Source of the DNA: Narcine bancroftii
Taxonomy: Eukaryota
Direction of reading: 5' to 3'
NCBI RefSeq assembly: GCF_036971445.1
Contig: NC_091470.1
Span: forward strand, 203,856,001 to 203,920,000
DNA: 64,000 nucleotides
Both the position numbers and the translations under genes were made by a program. This document shows positions 46,401-58,660 of the stretch, one piece after another. Positions within the stretch are counted from its first letter, which is position 1, and every line of letters begins with the position of its first letter. The notes under the pieces are model-generated. The model was given only the letters and a program-made list of their open reading frames with translations. It made no database searches and was not told the DNA's origin.

Positions 46401-47207
46401 CAATATAACTGGAGATACAGTGCTGGCATATTACCAATTGAGATCCTACTTGAAGGATAAATTAGGAAGCAGTTTGAGTTTGCCAGAGGGAAGTAACCTT
46501 GAATATGTGATTACAGATACAATGATAATCAAAAGATTTATAACAAATATGTATATTAAACTGCAAGAAAAGGAGAATGAGGAAACAAATGGTAAAACTA
46601 AACAAAAATGGGAACAAGATTTAAATATAAAGATAAAAAAGGAAACATGGGAGAAGTTATGCTCCGGAACGATGAGAAATACAATAAATACGAGGTTACG
46701 TATGTTACAATATAACTGGATACACAGGCTATACGTTACACCTCAAAAGTTAAATAAATGGGACCCAACAGTATCTGATAGATGTTTACGATGTAAAAAA
46801 AGAAATGGGAACAACAATTCATTCAATCTGGACATGTGAGAAAGTAAAAAAATTTTGGGAAGATCTAAATCAGATATTAAATAAAATAACAGAAAACAAT
46901 ATACCAAAGAATCCAGAGATCTTCCTCCTAAGTAACATAAAAAATAAAGAATTTGGAATTGATTTGGAGGATGCACAAAAAAGATTTGTTAAGATAGCTC
47001 TAGCCGTAGCAAAAAAAATGTATTATGTCAACCTGGAAATTGGAACATAATTTGAAAATACAACAATGGTATATAGAAATGAATAAATGTATTCCATTAG
47101 AAAAAATAACATATAGTTTAAGAAATAATATTGAAATATTCGAACAAATATGGGAGCCTTACATTAAATACAATAGCGAAAACCTACCGGGGACAATCAT
47201 TACCTAA
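43407..47207 (+). pseudogene. L1 ORF2p (APE endonuclease, RT, CCHC), disrupted
   Basis: TLNING, VQETH, GGDFN, SRID, SDH; RT LDAEKAFD, TRQGCPLSP, LFADD; CLRC...H.IWTC. Frameshifts at A-runs (~44055, ~46800, ~47015) and a stop at 44836-44838. Confidence 0.95.
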
Positions 47208-49168
47208 GTTAACGGAAGGAAAAGGGAATGAAAAGAATGGACTCAGTAGAATTTCTGGTGTATTTTTATTGAATGACAACATTGTCTGACTGGTTTAATG
47301 TATCCTGGATTGTATACCTTAAATGGACGGGAGGGGGGAGGTAGGGAGGGTGGGATGGGAGGAGGGAGGGGGGGGGAGAAAATGGCACTGTATATGTGTG
47401 AAAAGGAAAAAGTGTGATTTATGGTGTGAAAAATAAAAAATTAAAAAAAAAAAAGGGTTAGGGGGCAAAACTTTAGAAGTAACATGAGAGGAAGCTTCTT
47501 CACTCAGAGAGGGGTGGCCAGTGGAATGACCTTCTGGAAGAGGTGGTTGCAGCAGGGTCAGTTTTGTCATTTAAGAGAAGGTTGGACGAGTGCATGGATG
47601 TGAGGGGGTTGGAGGGTTATGGTTAAGGAGAGGGAGCAAGTAGGTGGGACTAGTGGAGTTCACTCAAATCAGTGTGGACGAGAAGAGCCAAGATGGCTTG
47701 TTTTCGCACTGTAATTGTTATGTGGTTATATGCCTGTCACAAATGGCCTCCCTCTCTGTCATTTGGAAATAAGGGTTGTCCAAGGCCGAGGTAGTGGAGA
47801 AAGCAGAAAGGCCTCAGAGCATCTATACCTTTGGGTGGGACGGTTAACATGACACTATTACAGCGCTGGTGGCTGGGGTTTGATCTGGTGCTGTCTGTAA
47901 GGAGTTTGTACGCTCTCCCGTGTCTGCGTGGGTTTTCTCCGGGTGCTCCGGTTTCCTCCCACCCTCCTTTATTGTCCTGAAATAAAAACAGTCAATATTG
48001 AAGTGGAATTTGCTTTCGTCTGCCATAAGGCAGACAGATTCGCCATCGGCAGAAGTTGCCTGAAGTGCCTCTAAGAGTCAAAGAGAAGCAAACAAGAGCC
48101 CCCCCCCCCCCAGATTAACCGAGTGTCCATGGATTCGCCTCCAGCACTCCCACAGCCACACAGATGTCCAGTCCAAACCATCGGCCGTCTAAGCTCCAGA
48201 TCTGAACATCTGATACGGTCAGGAAGCCCTCGGCGCCCTCTTTCATCCCGGACCCATACCTGGTGCTCCTTTAGCCAGTCCCCAGCCTGTGTGGGTTCCC
48301 CACCTCGAGTCACCAACAGCCCACCGCCGCCTGTGAGGCTCCTTCGGCTGCAGAGCACATCACATCGCCTCCTCCTCCTCTTCTCCTTCTCAAATGGGGT
48401 GGGAGGGTGGTCTCCCCATTTTCCGATCCCCTGCGCCAGTTCTCTAATTCTCTGGAGTCAGCAACCCCTCGTGGCCGCTGCCGATCACAGGCGGCGCCAT
48501 CTTGGGCCCAGATGACGTGGTCGCAGGATTTATAAATAAAATCACCGTCGGCTCCATTAACTGGCCTCTTAAAGTCTGTATGGAAGAATTTGGGCGGCAC
48601 GGGCTTGTGGGCCGGAAGGGCCTGTCACCACACTGTACGTCTAAATTTGAATACACAACATATGGGTCTCTGAAGAGGGCCACACTCTCTTCAGAATCAG
48701 AATATTGCCGTAAACATGTCACAAAATTCAATGTCCTAAAGCAGGATAAGGTAATTATTCTTTACTGTACAGCACAGGAACAGGCCCATTGGCCCCACTT
48801 ATCCATGCTAGCAATGTGGTCCACTAGACCATCCATTTCCCTCCATTTGACTCAGATCCCTCTCAACCTTTCCTGGTCATGTCCTTTAAGTAATACAATT
48901 GCCTGGCCCATTTCCTCTGGCAGCTTGTTCAGCCATTGCTTGGAAAACATTGCCCCTCAGGTTGCCTTTCTCCTCTCATCTTCTCTCCCCTACCCCAGAG
49001 AGAAGACCGTGACCATCTACCTTATCTAAACCCCTCGTGCGTCCATTAACCCCCCCCATCCTACTCCTGGACTCCAAGGAGAAAAGTCCTGGCCTCTCCA
49101 TGTGCAACTCTGAGTGCAACTCAGTCCCGGTAGCGACCTTGCAAACTGGCTGTGGTTTGCGTCCGCAG

Positions 49169-49331
49169 GTACCATTTCGACGACGTCACCACCATCAACG
49201 GAGCTTCGGATGATGAAGGAACCGAGGTCCTGAGCGTAGAAGCTGTCGGCAGACAGCTGGCAGCCCTGCAGGAGATGAGCAGCGCCTGGCTCCTTGCCGG
49301 GAGGCAACACGTGGCCAAGTTCAACGAGCAG
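49169..49331 (+). CDS. RANGRF: RANGRF coding exon 3
   Basis: (R)YHFDDVTTINGAS...SAWLLAGRQHVAKFNEQ; ccgcag| and |gtgggt; phases consistent. Confidence 0.95.
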
Positions 49332-49499
49332 GTGGGTGGCAGGCAGTGGGGGCTTGGGGGGACTTCCCAAGCTAACTGCTTAATCCTGAGCCATCCATTG
49401 GATGTGTCTGTGAGTCTTCAGTTCTTCCCTCTGTAACTGGATCCTTGACTCGCTCGTTGGAAGACCATGGTCAGTGCGGATCGTTAACGCCTCCTCAGG

Positions 49500-51350
49500 A
49501 TCAGAATTTACTGTCATGAGTATGTTGCTAAATTTGTTTTTTTTTGTGGCAGCATTACAGGTGCTAAATTGCTAAAAAAAAATCACATTAAAAAAAATTA
49601 AGTAAATTAGTTTGAAAAGAAGAGTATTGTGAGGTTGTGTCTGCGGTTCATTGTCTGTTCAGAAACCTGATGGTGGTGGGGAAGAAGCTGCTTTTGTATG
49701 GCTGCGTGGCCAGGCACAATTCAAATGGCGTCTACAAATTTGCCGATGACACCACGGTCAGCGGCAGAATCACAGACGGCAACGAGGAAGCATATAGGAG
49801 GGAGATGGATCAGCCGGTTGAGTGGTGTCACAACAACGGCCTTGCACTCAATGCTAGCAAAACCAAGGAGCTGATTGTGGACTTCAGGAAGGGGGCTCGT
49901 AAGGCACTTTTAGGTGGCCAAAATACCCCGAAGTAAAGCCGCATATTCTACCCCTATGTGGGTGTCGGTAGGCCACCTGAAAGTGGAGAACCTGGCCAGG
50001 AGGAGTACTTACCTAACCCTCCTCCTGTAGGTATATTCTCCGGCTCCAAGAATCCCCTGTTGCACCTGAAAGCAGCAGTGGGACTACGGCCACAGTCCAT
50101 GGGAGCCGATGTTCGCTTGGATGCGGCTCTCCTTCAGCTGGCACGTTCAGGTGACAGAAAGGTGTCTTCCCAACGGCCACCTGAACGTCCCAGCTGCACT
50201 CGCCTCCAGCCATGTCTGCCGGCGCATTATCTGTGTTCGAGCACCAGAAAGCGGCTATAGATCGAGGGGGTCAGCAGTGGAAAGGGATAAGAACTTCAAA
50301 ATCCTGGGTGTCAACATCTTGAGGATCTGTCCTGGGGCCTCCATGTCGATGCAGTCACGAAGAAGGCTCGCCAGTGGCTATACTTCATGACAATTTGAGG
50401 AGATTTGGTACATCACCAGAGACTTGCAAATTTCTATAGGTGGACCGTGGAGAGCATTCTGACTGTTTGCATCATGGCCTGATACAGAGGTGCCAATACA
50501 CAGGACAGGAAAAGGATCAGAAAGTTGTGAACTCGGCCAACGACATCATGGGCACCAGTCTTCACTCCATTCAGAGTATCTACAAGAGGCGGCTGTCTTA
50601 AGAAAGGAGCCTCTATCCTCAAGGACCCCCACCACTCAGGCCACGCCCTCTTCAGAATCAGAATATTGCCATAAACATGTCACAAAATTCAATGTTTTGC
50701 GGCAGTGTTACAATTTAAATATTACTATAAATTACATTTGAAAAATAAATTAACAGGGCAAAAAAACCCAGAAAAAGTGAGATCTGTGGTTCATTGTCCA
50801 TTCAGAAATCTTACGGCGGAGGGGAAGAAGGTGTTTTTGTTCTGTCGGGTGCTCGTCTTTAGGCTCCTGGACCTCCTTCCTGGTAGCAGAGTGAAGAGGC
50901 CCTGGCCCGGGTGCTGGCAGGTCCTTGAGGGTAGAGGCTGCTTTATTGATTCACTGCCTCTTGTAGATGTCCTCGATGGAGTGAAGTCTGGTGCCCGTTT
51001 AGGAGTCCTTTCCTGTCTTGTGCATTGGCTCCTCGGTACCAGACAGTGAAGCAACCGGTCAGAACGTTCTCCACAGTCCACCTGTAAAAACATACTGAAT
51101 CTCCTTAAACTCAAAACATCCTTGGGAAGGAGGTCCAGGAGCCTGAAGGCAAACACCCGACAGTACAAAAACAGCTTCTTCTCCTCTGCCATCAGATTTT
51201 TGAATGGACAATGAACCACAGACATTGCCTCACTTTCTTTTCTTCTGCTCTAATTTATTTATTTTTAAAATGTAATTTAAAGCAATATTTGCACTTATAA
51301 TGTTTCTTCAAAACAATAAATTTTATAACATGTACATGACAATAAATATT
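49500..51350. mobile_element. Cluster of Rex1/Babar-like fragments in both orientations
   Basis: YKFADDTTV, LNASKTKELIVDFRK; inverted 3' ends at ~50655-51350. Confidence 0.78.
49900..50258. mobile_element. Non-autonomous DNA-transposon-like insertion, second copy
   Basis: Ends GAAAGCGGCTA; inverse of 33961-34270; interrupts a Rex LINE between VDFRKG and IEGSAVER. Confidence 0.6.
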
Positions 51351-51379
51351 GGTTCCAAAATAACCTTAACCTCGTGCAT

Positions 51380-52340
51380 TCCCCACTTCAGTATTCCACC
51401 CTCCCACCATTCTCTGTGTGAAGAAGTTCCACCTAAAGTTCCTCCTAAGCCTTTCTCCTTTCATGTCCTCGGGTTTGTATCTCACCTAACATCAGCAGAA
51501 ATGTCTACTTGCATTTATTCTATGTATAACCGTCATAATTTTATATATCAAATCACCCCTCATTCTTATACACTCCAGGGAATAAAGTCCGAACTTGTTT
51601 AACCTTTCTCAGTAACTCAGTTCATGATGTCCCGGCAACATCCCAGTAAATCTGCGCTCTTTCTATCTTATTGATATCTTTCCTGTAGTTAGGTGACCAA
51701 AACTGCACACAATTTGGCCAAATTTGGCCTCGTCAGTATCTACACAACTTCAAAATATCCCAACTTCTGTATTCAACACTTTCATTTATGAAGGCCAGGG
51801 TGCCAAAAGCTCTCTCTATCCACCTGTGGCACCACTTTCAGGGAATTATGTATCTGTATTCCCAGATCTCCCTGTTCTACTGCACTCCTCAGTGTCCGAT
51901 CATTTACTGTGTACGTCCTTTCTTGGTTTGTCCTTCCAAAATGCAAGACCTCGCACTTGTCTGCATTAAATTCCATCGGCCATTTTCACCCTGTTTTTCC
52001 AGCTGGTCCACATCCCTCTGCAAGCTTTGAAAACCTTCTTCATTGACCACAACACCCCCAATCTTAGTGTCATCTGCAAATTTGCTGATCCAATTTGCCA
52101 CATTATCAACCAGATCATTGATATAAATGACAAACAACAATAGTCTCAGCACTGCTCCCTGAGGCACACCATCGTCACAGGTCTCTAGTCTGAGAAACAA
52201 TCATCCATCACTACTCTCTGGCTTCTCCCATTAAGTCGATGTCAAATCACCATGAACACCAAATGACTGAATCTTCCTGACTAAGCTCCAATGTGGGCCC
52301 TAGGTTAAGGCCTTACTAACATCCATGGCCTTTACTTCGT
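51380..52340 (-). mobile_element. CR1 LINE fragment including RT core
   Basis: GVPQGAVL, IYINDL, SKFADDTKIGG. Confidence 0.87.
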
Positions 52341-52669
52341 CAACATTCCTGTCTGGCTTTGGTGCACCCCAGAATTGACTGGCACCCTTGGGACTTTGGT
52401 GACGGAGGAGCCAGTGTTGCATTTCTCATGGACAGCTCACCGTCGAGCAATATCGGTCCTAGTAAACCCACTAAGTTTGAAGGGGAACCCTAGAAGTGAG
52501 GTCCCATTCTGTTTCATGATACGCAGGGAGACACAAACAAGGGGGTCCAGGAGCTGGGGTCCCCGCTGAGTGCAAGCAGAAGATGGGACAAAGCAACAGA
52601 CAAGTTGAAAGGGAGCTTGTGATGTAGACTCTAAACTTTCAGGATTTCCAATTAATCAAATAGCAGACT

Positions 52670-53220
52670 ATTACAAGTCAAATTTATTGTCATCTGATTG
52701 TACAAATACAATTTGCTGAAACTACGTTCTCCGGTTCTCAGTGCAAAACAGACAGACACACAGCCAGAAATAACACACATACAGACAAGCAATACATACA
52801 CAGAACAAGTATTTATATATACAAATAAATACATATTGTTTCATGAATATGAGGGTCTCGGAGGATCAGTGTGAGCAGATCCTTTGGTCATTCAGTGTTC
52901 TCACTGCCCGTGGGAAGAAGCTGTTCCTCAGCTTGGTGGTGCTGACTCTGATCCTCCTGTATCTCTTCCCCGACAGGAGCAGCTGAAAGATGCCGTGTGT
53001 GGGATGGAAGGGGTCCTCAATGATTTTGCCTGCCCTCTTCAGACAATCATGGTAGATCACGTCGATGGGGTGAGGGGAGAGAGACTCCAGTGACTCTTCT
53101 GATCCTGCGGATTCACTTCTCTGCACCAACCGTATCCACACTGTGACGCAGCCGACCAGGGGCTCTCAATAAAGCTCCTGAAGAAGGTTGACGTGATGTT
53201 GGCCGGTAGCCTTGCCGCTT
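52670..53220 (-). mobile_element. Rex1/Babar-like LINE 3' fragment
   Basis: KIIEDPFHPTHGIFQLLLSGKRYR, KLRNSFFPRAVR. Confidence 0.8.
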
Positions 53221-53345
53221 TACCTGGTGACCAGGTTGAATCACACTATATTGGATGAGATGTTGGGGAATATCAAAGCACTGAGTTCCAAAGGCTGGTT
53301 CAGTGCACCGAAGGATTTCATTCTCATTTACTTTTTCCCTTGCAG

Positions 53346-53440
53346 GCCAGGAATACTGTGAATGTCCACCTGGTTCTCTTCAGACTCCCTCAGTACGTCA
53401 CCGACATCCTTGTTACCTTCAACGATCCCATCTTGATCAG
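53346..53440 (+). CDS. RANGRF: RANGRF coding exon 4
   Basis: ARNTVNVHLVLFRLPQYVTDILVTFNDPILI(S); matches Mog1 RLPQY.TD.L.TFN; AG/GT sites. Confidence 0.95.
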
Positions 53441-53689
53441 GTACTTCGTTGCTGATGGGAATCTCCAGGAGTTAGTGGGAGAGGTAGGGGTAAGAGCGGA
53501 GACCCCTCCAAAGCCACCTGAGTCTGTGCCTTCCACCGATGCACAGATGAAAGGTTCAGGGGGGAGTGGGGAGACTACACTGCGGCCCAAGTCTCGTGTT
53601 AGCTCATTGCTTCAGCCAACTGGGTTCTTGCCCAATTCAGGTTGAACTTGCTTAATTCCAGAGGTGGGGGAGAGGGGGGGGGGTAGGGT

Positions 53690-55570
53690 GAATAATTTTG
53701 GGAGTAGATTATCAAAGCTTTTGGAATATTGTGCACAGTTTTGGCTGCCCAGCGAGAGGGGGATGTCGTTAAGGTGGAAAGGGTCGGATACTTAACAATG
53801 TGGATGAACAGATAGACCTTTGGGTACAAATCCATCCCTCTCTCAAAGTTGCCATGCAGGTTGGTAGGGCAGTTAGGGAGGTCTAAGGGATGTTGGGCTT
53901 CATTAATAGGGGGATTGCGTTTAAGAATCGAGAGGTCTACAAATCTCTTGTGAAGCCACTCTTCTTGTGTTCATTTCTGATCGCCTCATTATAGGAATGA
54001 TGTGGAAGCTGTAGAGAGAGTGCAGAGATTTTCCTAAATGTTGCCTGGATTGGAAAATCAGTCTTATGAGGCAAGGTTAGCAGAGGCAAGGAGTTGGAGC
54101 GAAGAAGGATGAGAGGGCGATAAGATTCTGAGAGGCATAGACAGGGAGGACGGCCAGCGCCTATTTCCCAGGGCAGGCGTAGCAAACACCAGAGGACATG
54201 TGGACAAAGTGAAGGGAGGGAAGTTTAGGGGAGATGCCAGGGGTAAGTATTTTACACAGAGAGTTGTGGGGGCCTGGAAGGCCTTGCCAGGGATGGGGGT
54301 GGGGGCTGAAACATCGGGGGCATTTAAGAGACTCTTAGGCACACGCTTGCAAGAAAAATAGAGGGTTACGAGGTAGGTCAGCACAGCATCGAGGGCCGAA
54401 GGGCCTGTACTTGAACCTAGTGTTCAAGGAAAGAATTCATCAGAAGGTTGTGACTGGGTGGCTTGGATTCCAGGGAAAGTGTTTATACTGGGACTTTTTA
54501 TAAATTTTAATTCATTTTAATTTTCAAATTTTAATTCAGGAATGCAGCATGGTAACAGGCCGTGCTGCCCAAATGCGCCAATTAACCTACAACCCCGGTT
54601 CATTTTGAAGGATGGGAGGAAACCGGGCCCCTCAGGGGAAACCCACCCAGGCGCAGGGAGAATGTACAACTCCTTACAGACAGTGCAGGATTCAGACCCT
54701 GGTTGTGGGCGCTGTAACAGTGTCGTGCTAACTGTTCCACCCACCCTTGGAAGCCAAGGGGTGACCTTGTTAGAGGTTCGGAAAATCACAAGGGGCACAG
54801 GGGAGGTGATTGGGCACACTTTTTTTCCCAGGGTCACGGATGATGTCCCTGGGAAAGATTAATATTTAAATGGCAAGCAATTGCAGCGTGTTGCCATGCA
54901 AAAGGACTTGGGAGTGCTTGTGCATGAATCACAAAAGGTTGGTTTGCAGGTGCGGCAGGCTATCAAGAAGACAAATGGAATGTGTTGGCCTTCATTGCTG
55001 GAGGGATTGAATTTAGGAGCAGGGAGGCACCAGGTCCTGGTGAGGCCGTATCTGGAGAACTGTGTGCAGTTCTGGTTTCTTGACTTGAGGAAGGATAGAT
55101 TGGTTTTGTAGGCGGAGCAGAGGAGGGTAACCAGGTCAATTCCAGAGATGAGGGGGTTGGTCTACGAGGAGAGATTAAGTCGTCTGGGACTGTACTCACT
55201 GGGATTTAGAAGAATGTGAGAGGATCTTATGAAAAGGTATAAAATTATGAAAAACCTTGATAAGTTAGAGGGAGGTAAGTTGTTCCCATGGGTGGGGGGG
55301 AGACCAGAACAAGGGGACATCTCCTCAAGATCCAGGGGAGTAAATTTAGGACGGAGATGAGGAGGAACTGCTTTTCCCAGAGGGTGGGGAATTTGTGGAA
55401 TTTGCTGCCAAATGAAACAGTGGAGGCGACCTCAGTAAATATTTTTCAGATAAGGTGGATAGATTTTACATAGTAGTGAATTAAGGGATTTGGGGGGAAA
55501 AGGCAGGGAGGTGAAGATGAGCCAATCATCAGATCAGCCATGATCACACTGAATGGTGGAGCAGGCATGA
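53690..55570 (+). mobile_element. Two CR1 3' fragments separated by a SINE
   Basis: CR1 motifs at ~53690-54415 and ~54860-55570; SINE (minus strand) at ~54540-54745. Confidence 0.75.
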
Positions 55571-55665
55571 CCAACTCCTCTGTGTTTTGTGACAAAGACG
55601 TGCTTCCTCTAATCTGGTGTCTTTCTCCCCTTGCCTCCTCCCACTCACCCTCACCCCACCCTCAG

Positions 55666-55813
55666 CCCCCACAGCAGCAGCAGCAGCAGCACCGCAGCGT
55701 GCCCCTCGCAGCCCCGTGGCTCGACAGGCCGGCCCACCCAACACTGGACCCTGGACCAGTTCCGCGCTGCCGCGCACTCCCTCCGGCTCTTGGACCCGGC
55801 CATCTTTGCCTGA
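55666..55813 (+). CDS. RANGRF: RANGRF coding exon 5 (terminal)
   Basis: (S)PHSSSSSSTAAC...WTLDQFRAAAHSLRLLDPAIFA*; matches the Mog1 C-terminus W...F....SL.L.DP.IF. Spliced CDS is 606 nt, 201 aa. Confidence 0.93.
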
Positions 55814-56274
55814 TAGTCTGGCTGCTGAGGTGGGCTTCAAACCTGTGAAGATGGAAAGGGCGGGGAAGCTGTGGACGTTGGATCTTGTGGCGCCCCCCCC
55901 AACCCAAGGAACGTGGGTCCTCCCTTTCACTGGAAGTGACCTCATTCCACAGGGGTTCCCTCTTCACTGAGATCATGACCAACCTTCTCTCGAATTCCAT
56001 ACGCAAGGGAACATTCGACCACTCCTAGATTAGAATTCCCAATTAATCCTCCGTCTGGTGAACATCTGCCAGTTTAGAGGCAAAAAAGATCACAAAGACG
56101 TTACTGGGACTGTGAGATAGGCCAGGATTTTTCTCCCTGGAGTGCACGAGGTGATCTCATAGAACAGAGGTTTCTAACATCATCGGGGCATTGATAAGAT
56201 CACAATCTCTTTCCTGTGAAGGGCAGTCTAGAGGGTACAGGATTACAGTGAGGGGTGGGTGGGGAAAGATTTAA

Positions 56275-56940
56275 CATTTATTGTCAAGTAATAAAACAGG
56301 TATAATATTACACAAAATTGTATTTAGTCTGCCTTAAGCCAAAGATTCACCATCAGCAGAAATTGCCCGGCACCCCTTATAGTCAGAGAAAGCAGAAGAG
56401 AGTCCCTTCAGAGTCACTGAATGTCCGTGGATTCGCCTCTAGCAGACCCCGCAACTACACAGACTTCAGTCCAAACCATTGGCAACCTGAGCTCCAGATC
56501 CGAACCTCCAACGCGATCAGGAAGTCTTCAGCACCCTTTCGCTTCCCAGTTCCGATACCTGGTACTCCTTCAGCCAGTCTCCAGCAGTCCGCAGCCCGGT
56601 CGGTGCGAGTCCCTTGACAAAGTGAGCTGCAGCCTCCGTGGGTTCCTTGCTTCAAATCACCAGCAGCTCGCCGCCTGTGAATTCATCAGCCGCAGAACCC
56701 CTCGCTGGTTTGCTGCTGTGGGTTGTTTCCTCTGCTTCTCCTTTTCAAACGGGAGGGGGTCTCCCCATTTTCTGGTGCCCTGCGCCAGTCCTCTGCTTCC
56801 CCGGAATCTGCAACCCCTCGAGGATGCGGCCAAACATGGACGCCGCCATCTTAGGCCTACACCCAATGGCCACTTGATTTTAAAATAAACCTCTGTCGGC
56901 CCTGTTAACAGGACATTTCGAGTCTGTATGGAACTGTTGG
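56275..56940. repeat. Unclassified interspersed repeat
   Basis: Homologous copies at ~21060-21485, ~37400-37620 (inverse), ~47980-48550 and ~62215-62490 (inverse); shared TCCAGTCCAAACCAT..CTGAGCTCCAGATC core. Confidence 0.7.
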
Positions 56941-57334
56941 AAGTTAGACTGGACGGTACAACCCTGTGGAGCAGTGCTTTGTCTCCATTCCTTGCTCTCC
57001 GCGGGTCTGCACCAGTGGCAGCACTGCCTTTTTAATCGAGGGGCTAGTCTTCCCACACAGAATGTGGAACGAGGAAGGGGTAGAGGTGGAGACAATTTTA
57101 GCAATTTAAAAGACATTTGGACAGGCCAGTGGATAGGGAAGGCCGAACGCAGATAAATATGGGATTTTCTCGATGGGCACCTTTGGCCAGCATGAATGCA
57201 TTGGGCTGAAGGGCCTGAATCCATGCTGTAAAACTCCAGCCTCTCTGAAAGCCAGCTGTGGCTGCAGACTTCAGACCGGGTCTTCTAAGTTTGGAAGAGT
57301 ATCTGATTAATTTTTAAAATTTGCATAGACATAC

Positions 57335-57545
57335 AGCATGGTAACAGGCCCTTCTGGTCCACGAGCCGGTGTGGCCCAAATATCCCAATTAACCGCTTTG
57401 AAGGGTGGGAGGAAACCGGAGCACCCGGAGGAAACTCACGCAGTCACGGGGAGAGTATATAAACTCCCTACAGACAGCGTCAGATTCGAACGCAGGTCGC
57501 TGACGCTGTAACAGCATTGCGCCCACCGCTACACTAACCGCCGCC
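57335..57545 (-). mobile_element. tRNA-derived SINE
   Basis: Reverse-strand tRNA-like head with GTTCGAATC B-box and the conserved GGGTTTCCTCCGGGTGCTCCGGTTTCCTCCCAC-type core. Confidence 0.78.
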
Positions 57546-57729
57546 CAATACTTGCTAAATCTCCTCAGACGGCTTGGAAAGTCAAGGCGTGGGCAAGCCT
57601 CCTTCACCTTTGCCTCAAATGTGCTGGCTTCAGAAGAGATCTTCTGAAACATGGGCACGCTGGAACCTGAAGGTTCTGAATCTCTCCACCTGCGTCCCAT
57701 CAATGTGGGCAGGTGTGTAGTCACTCGGA

Positions 57730-58660
57730 CTCTACAGCACGGTACAGGCCCTTCGGCCCTCGATGATGTGCCATCCCATATAATCCCTAAAAAAAGGACC
57801 AAACCCTCCCTACCCTGTAACCCTCTTTCTTTCATATGTGTGCTCGTCTAAGAGTCTCTTAAATGTCCCTAATGTTCCAGCCTCCACAACCACCCATGGC
57901 AAGGCATTCCAGGCACCCGCAACTCTGTATAAAAAAAAAACAAAAAAAGTATCCCTGATGTCTCCCCTAAACTTAGTGCACTCGCCCTCTGGTGTTTGTC
58001 AATCCTGTCCTGGGAAACAGGTGCTGACTGTCCACCCTATCTATGCCTTTCAGAATCTTGTCGACCTCTATCAAGTCTCCTTTCATCCTTTTACGCTCTA
58101 AAGAGATAAGTCCAAGCTCTACCTCGTAAGACTCATTTCCCAATCCAGGCAGCATCCTGGTGAATCTCCTTTGCACCCTCTCCATAGTGTCCTCATCCTT
58201 CCTGTAATGAGGTGACCAGAACTGAATGCCAGAGATTTGAACTCAATCCCCCTATTAATGAAGCCCAGCATCCCATAGGCCTTCTGTGCAGCGACCTTGA
58301 GGGAAATACGGATTTGAACCCAAGATCCCTCTGTTCATCTTAAGTAACTGACAATTAACCCTCTGGTTTGTCCTTCCAAAATGCATCACCTCAAACATCT
58401 GGATTTAACTCCATCTCCTACTTTTCTGTCTAACACTGCATCCTGTCTATATCATCTTGTAGTCTTCAGCTCCATCCACAACTCCTCCAACCTTCATTTT
58501 ATCTGCAAACCAAGTGACCCAAACTTCTGCCTCTTCATCCAGGTCATTTATAAAAATCACAGAGAGCATGGGTCCCAGAACAGATCCCTGCAGCCCCTCC
58601 ACTACTCATCGACCTCCAGGCAGAATACTTTCCTTCCACTACTACTCTCTCCTTCCTACA
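57730..58660 (-). mobile_element. CR1 LINE fragment
   Basis: ERVQRRFTRMLPGL, RMKGDLIEV. Confidence 0.8.

Larger units (their letters stand above)
41370..47452 (+). mobile_element. Full-length L1-clade LINE (~6.1 kb), lightly mutated
   Basis: 13-bp TSD AAGGGTTAGGGGG (41357-41369 and 47453-47465), poly(A) tail, ORF1 and ORF2 present. Confidence 0.96.
40162..47761 (+). mobile_element. CR1-derived ~640 bp element, copy 2, split by RTE and L1 insertions
   Basis: Pieces 40162-40192, 41031-41369 and 47466-47761 reassemble into a close match of copy 1 with the same two ends. Confidence 0.85.
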
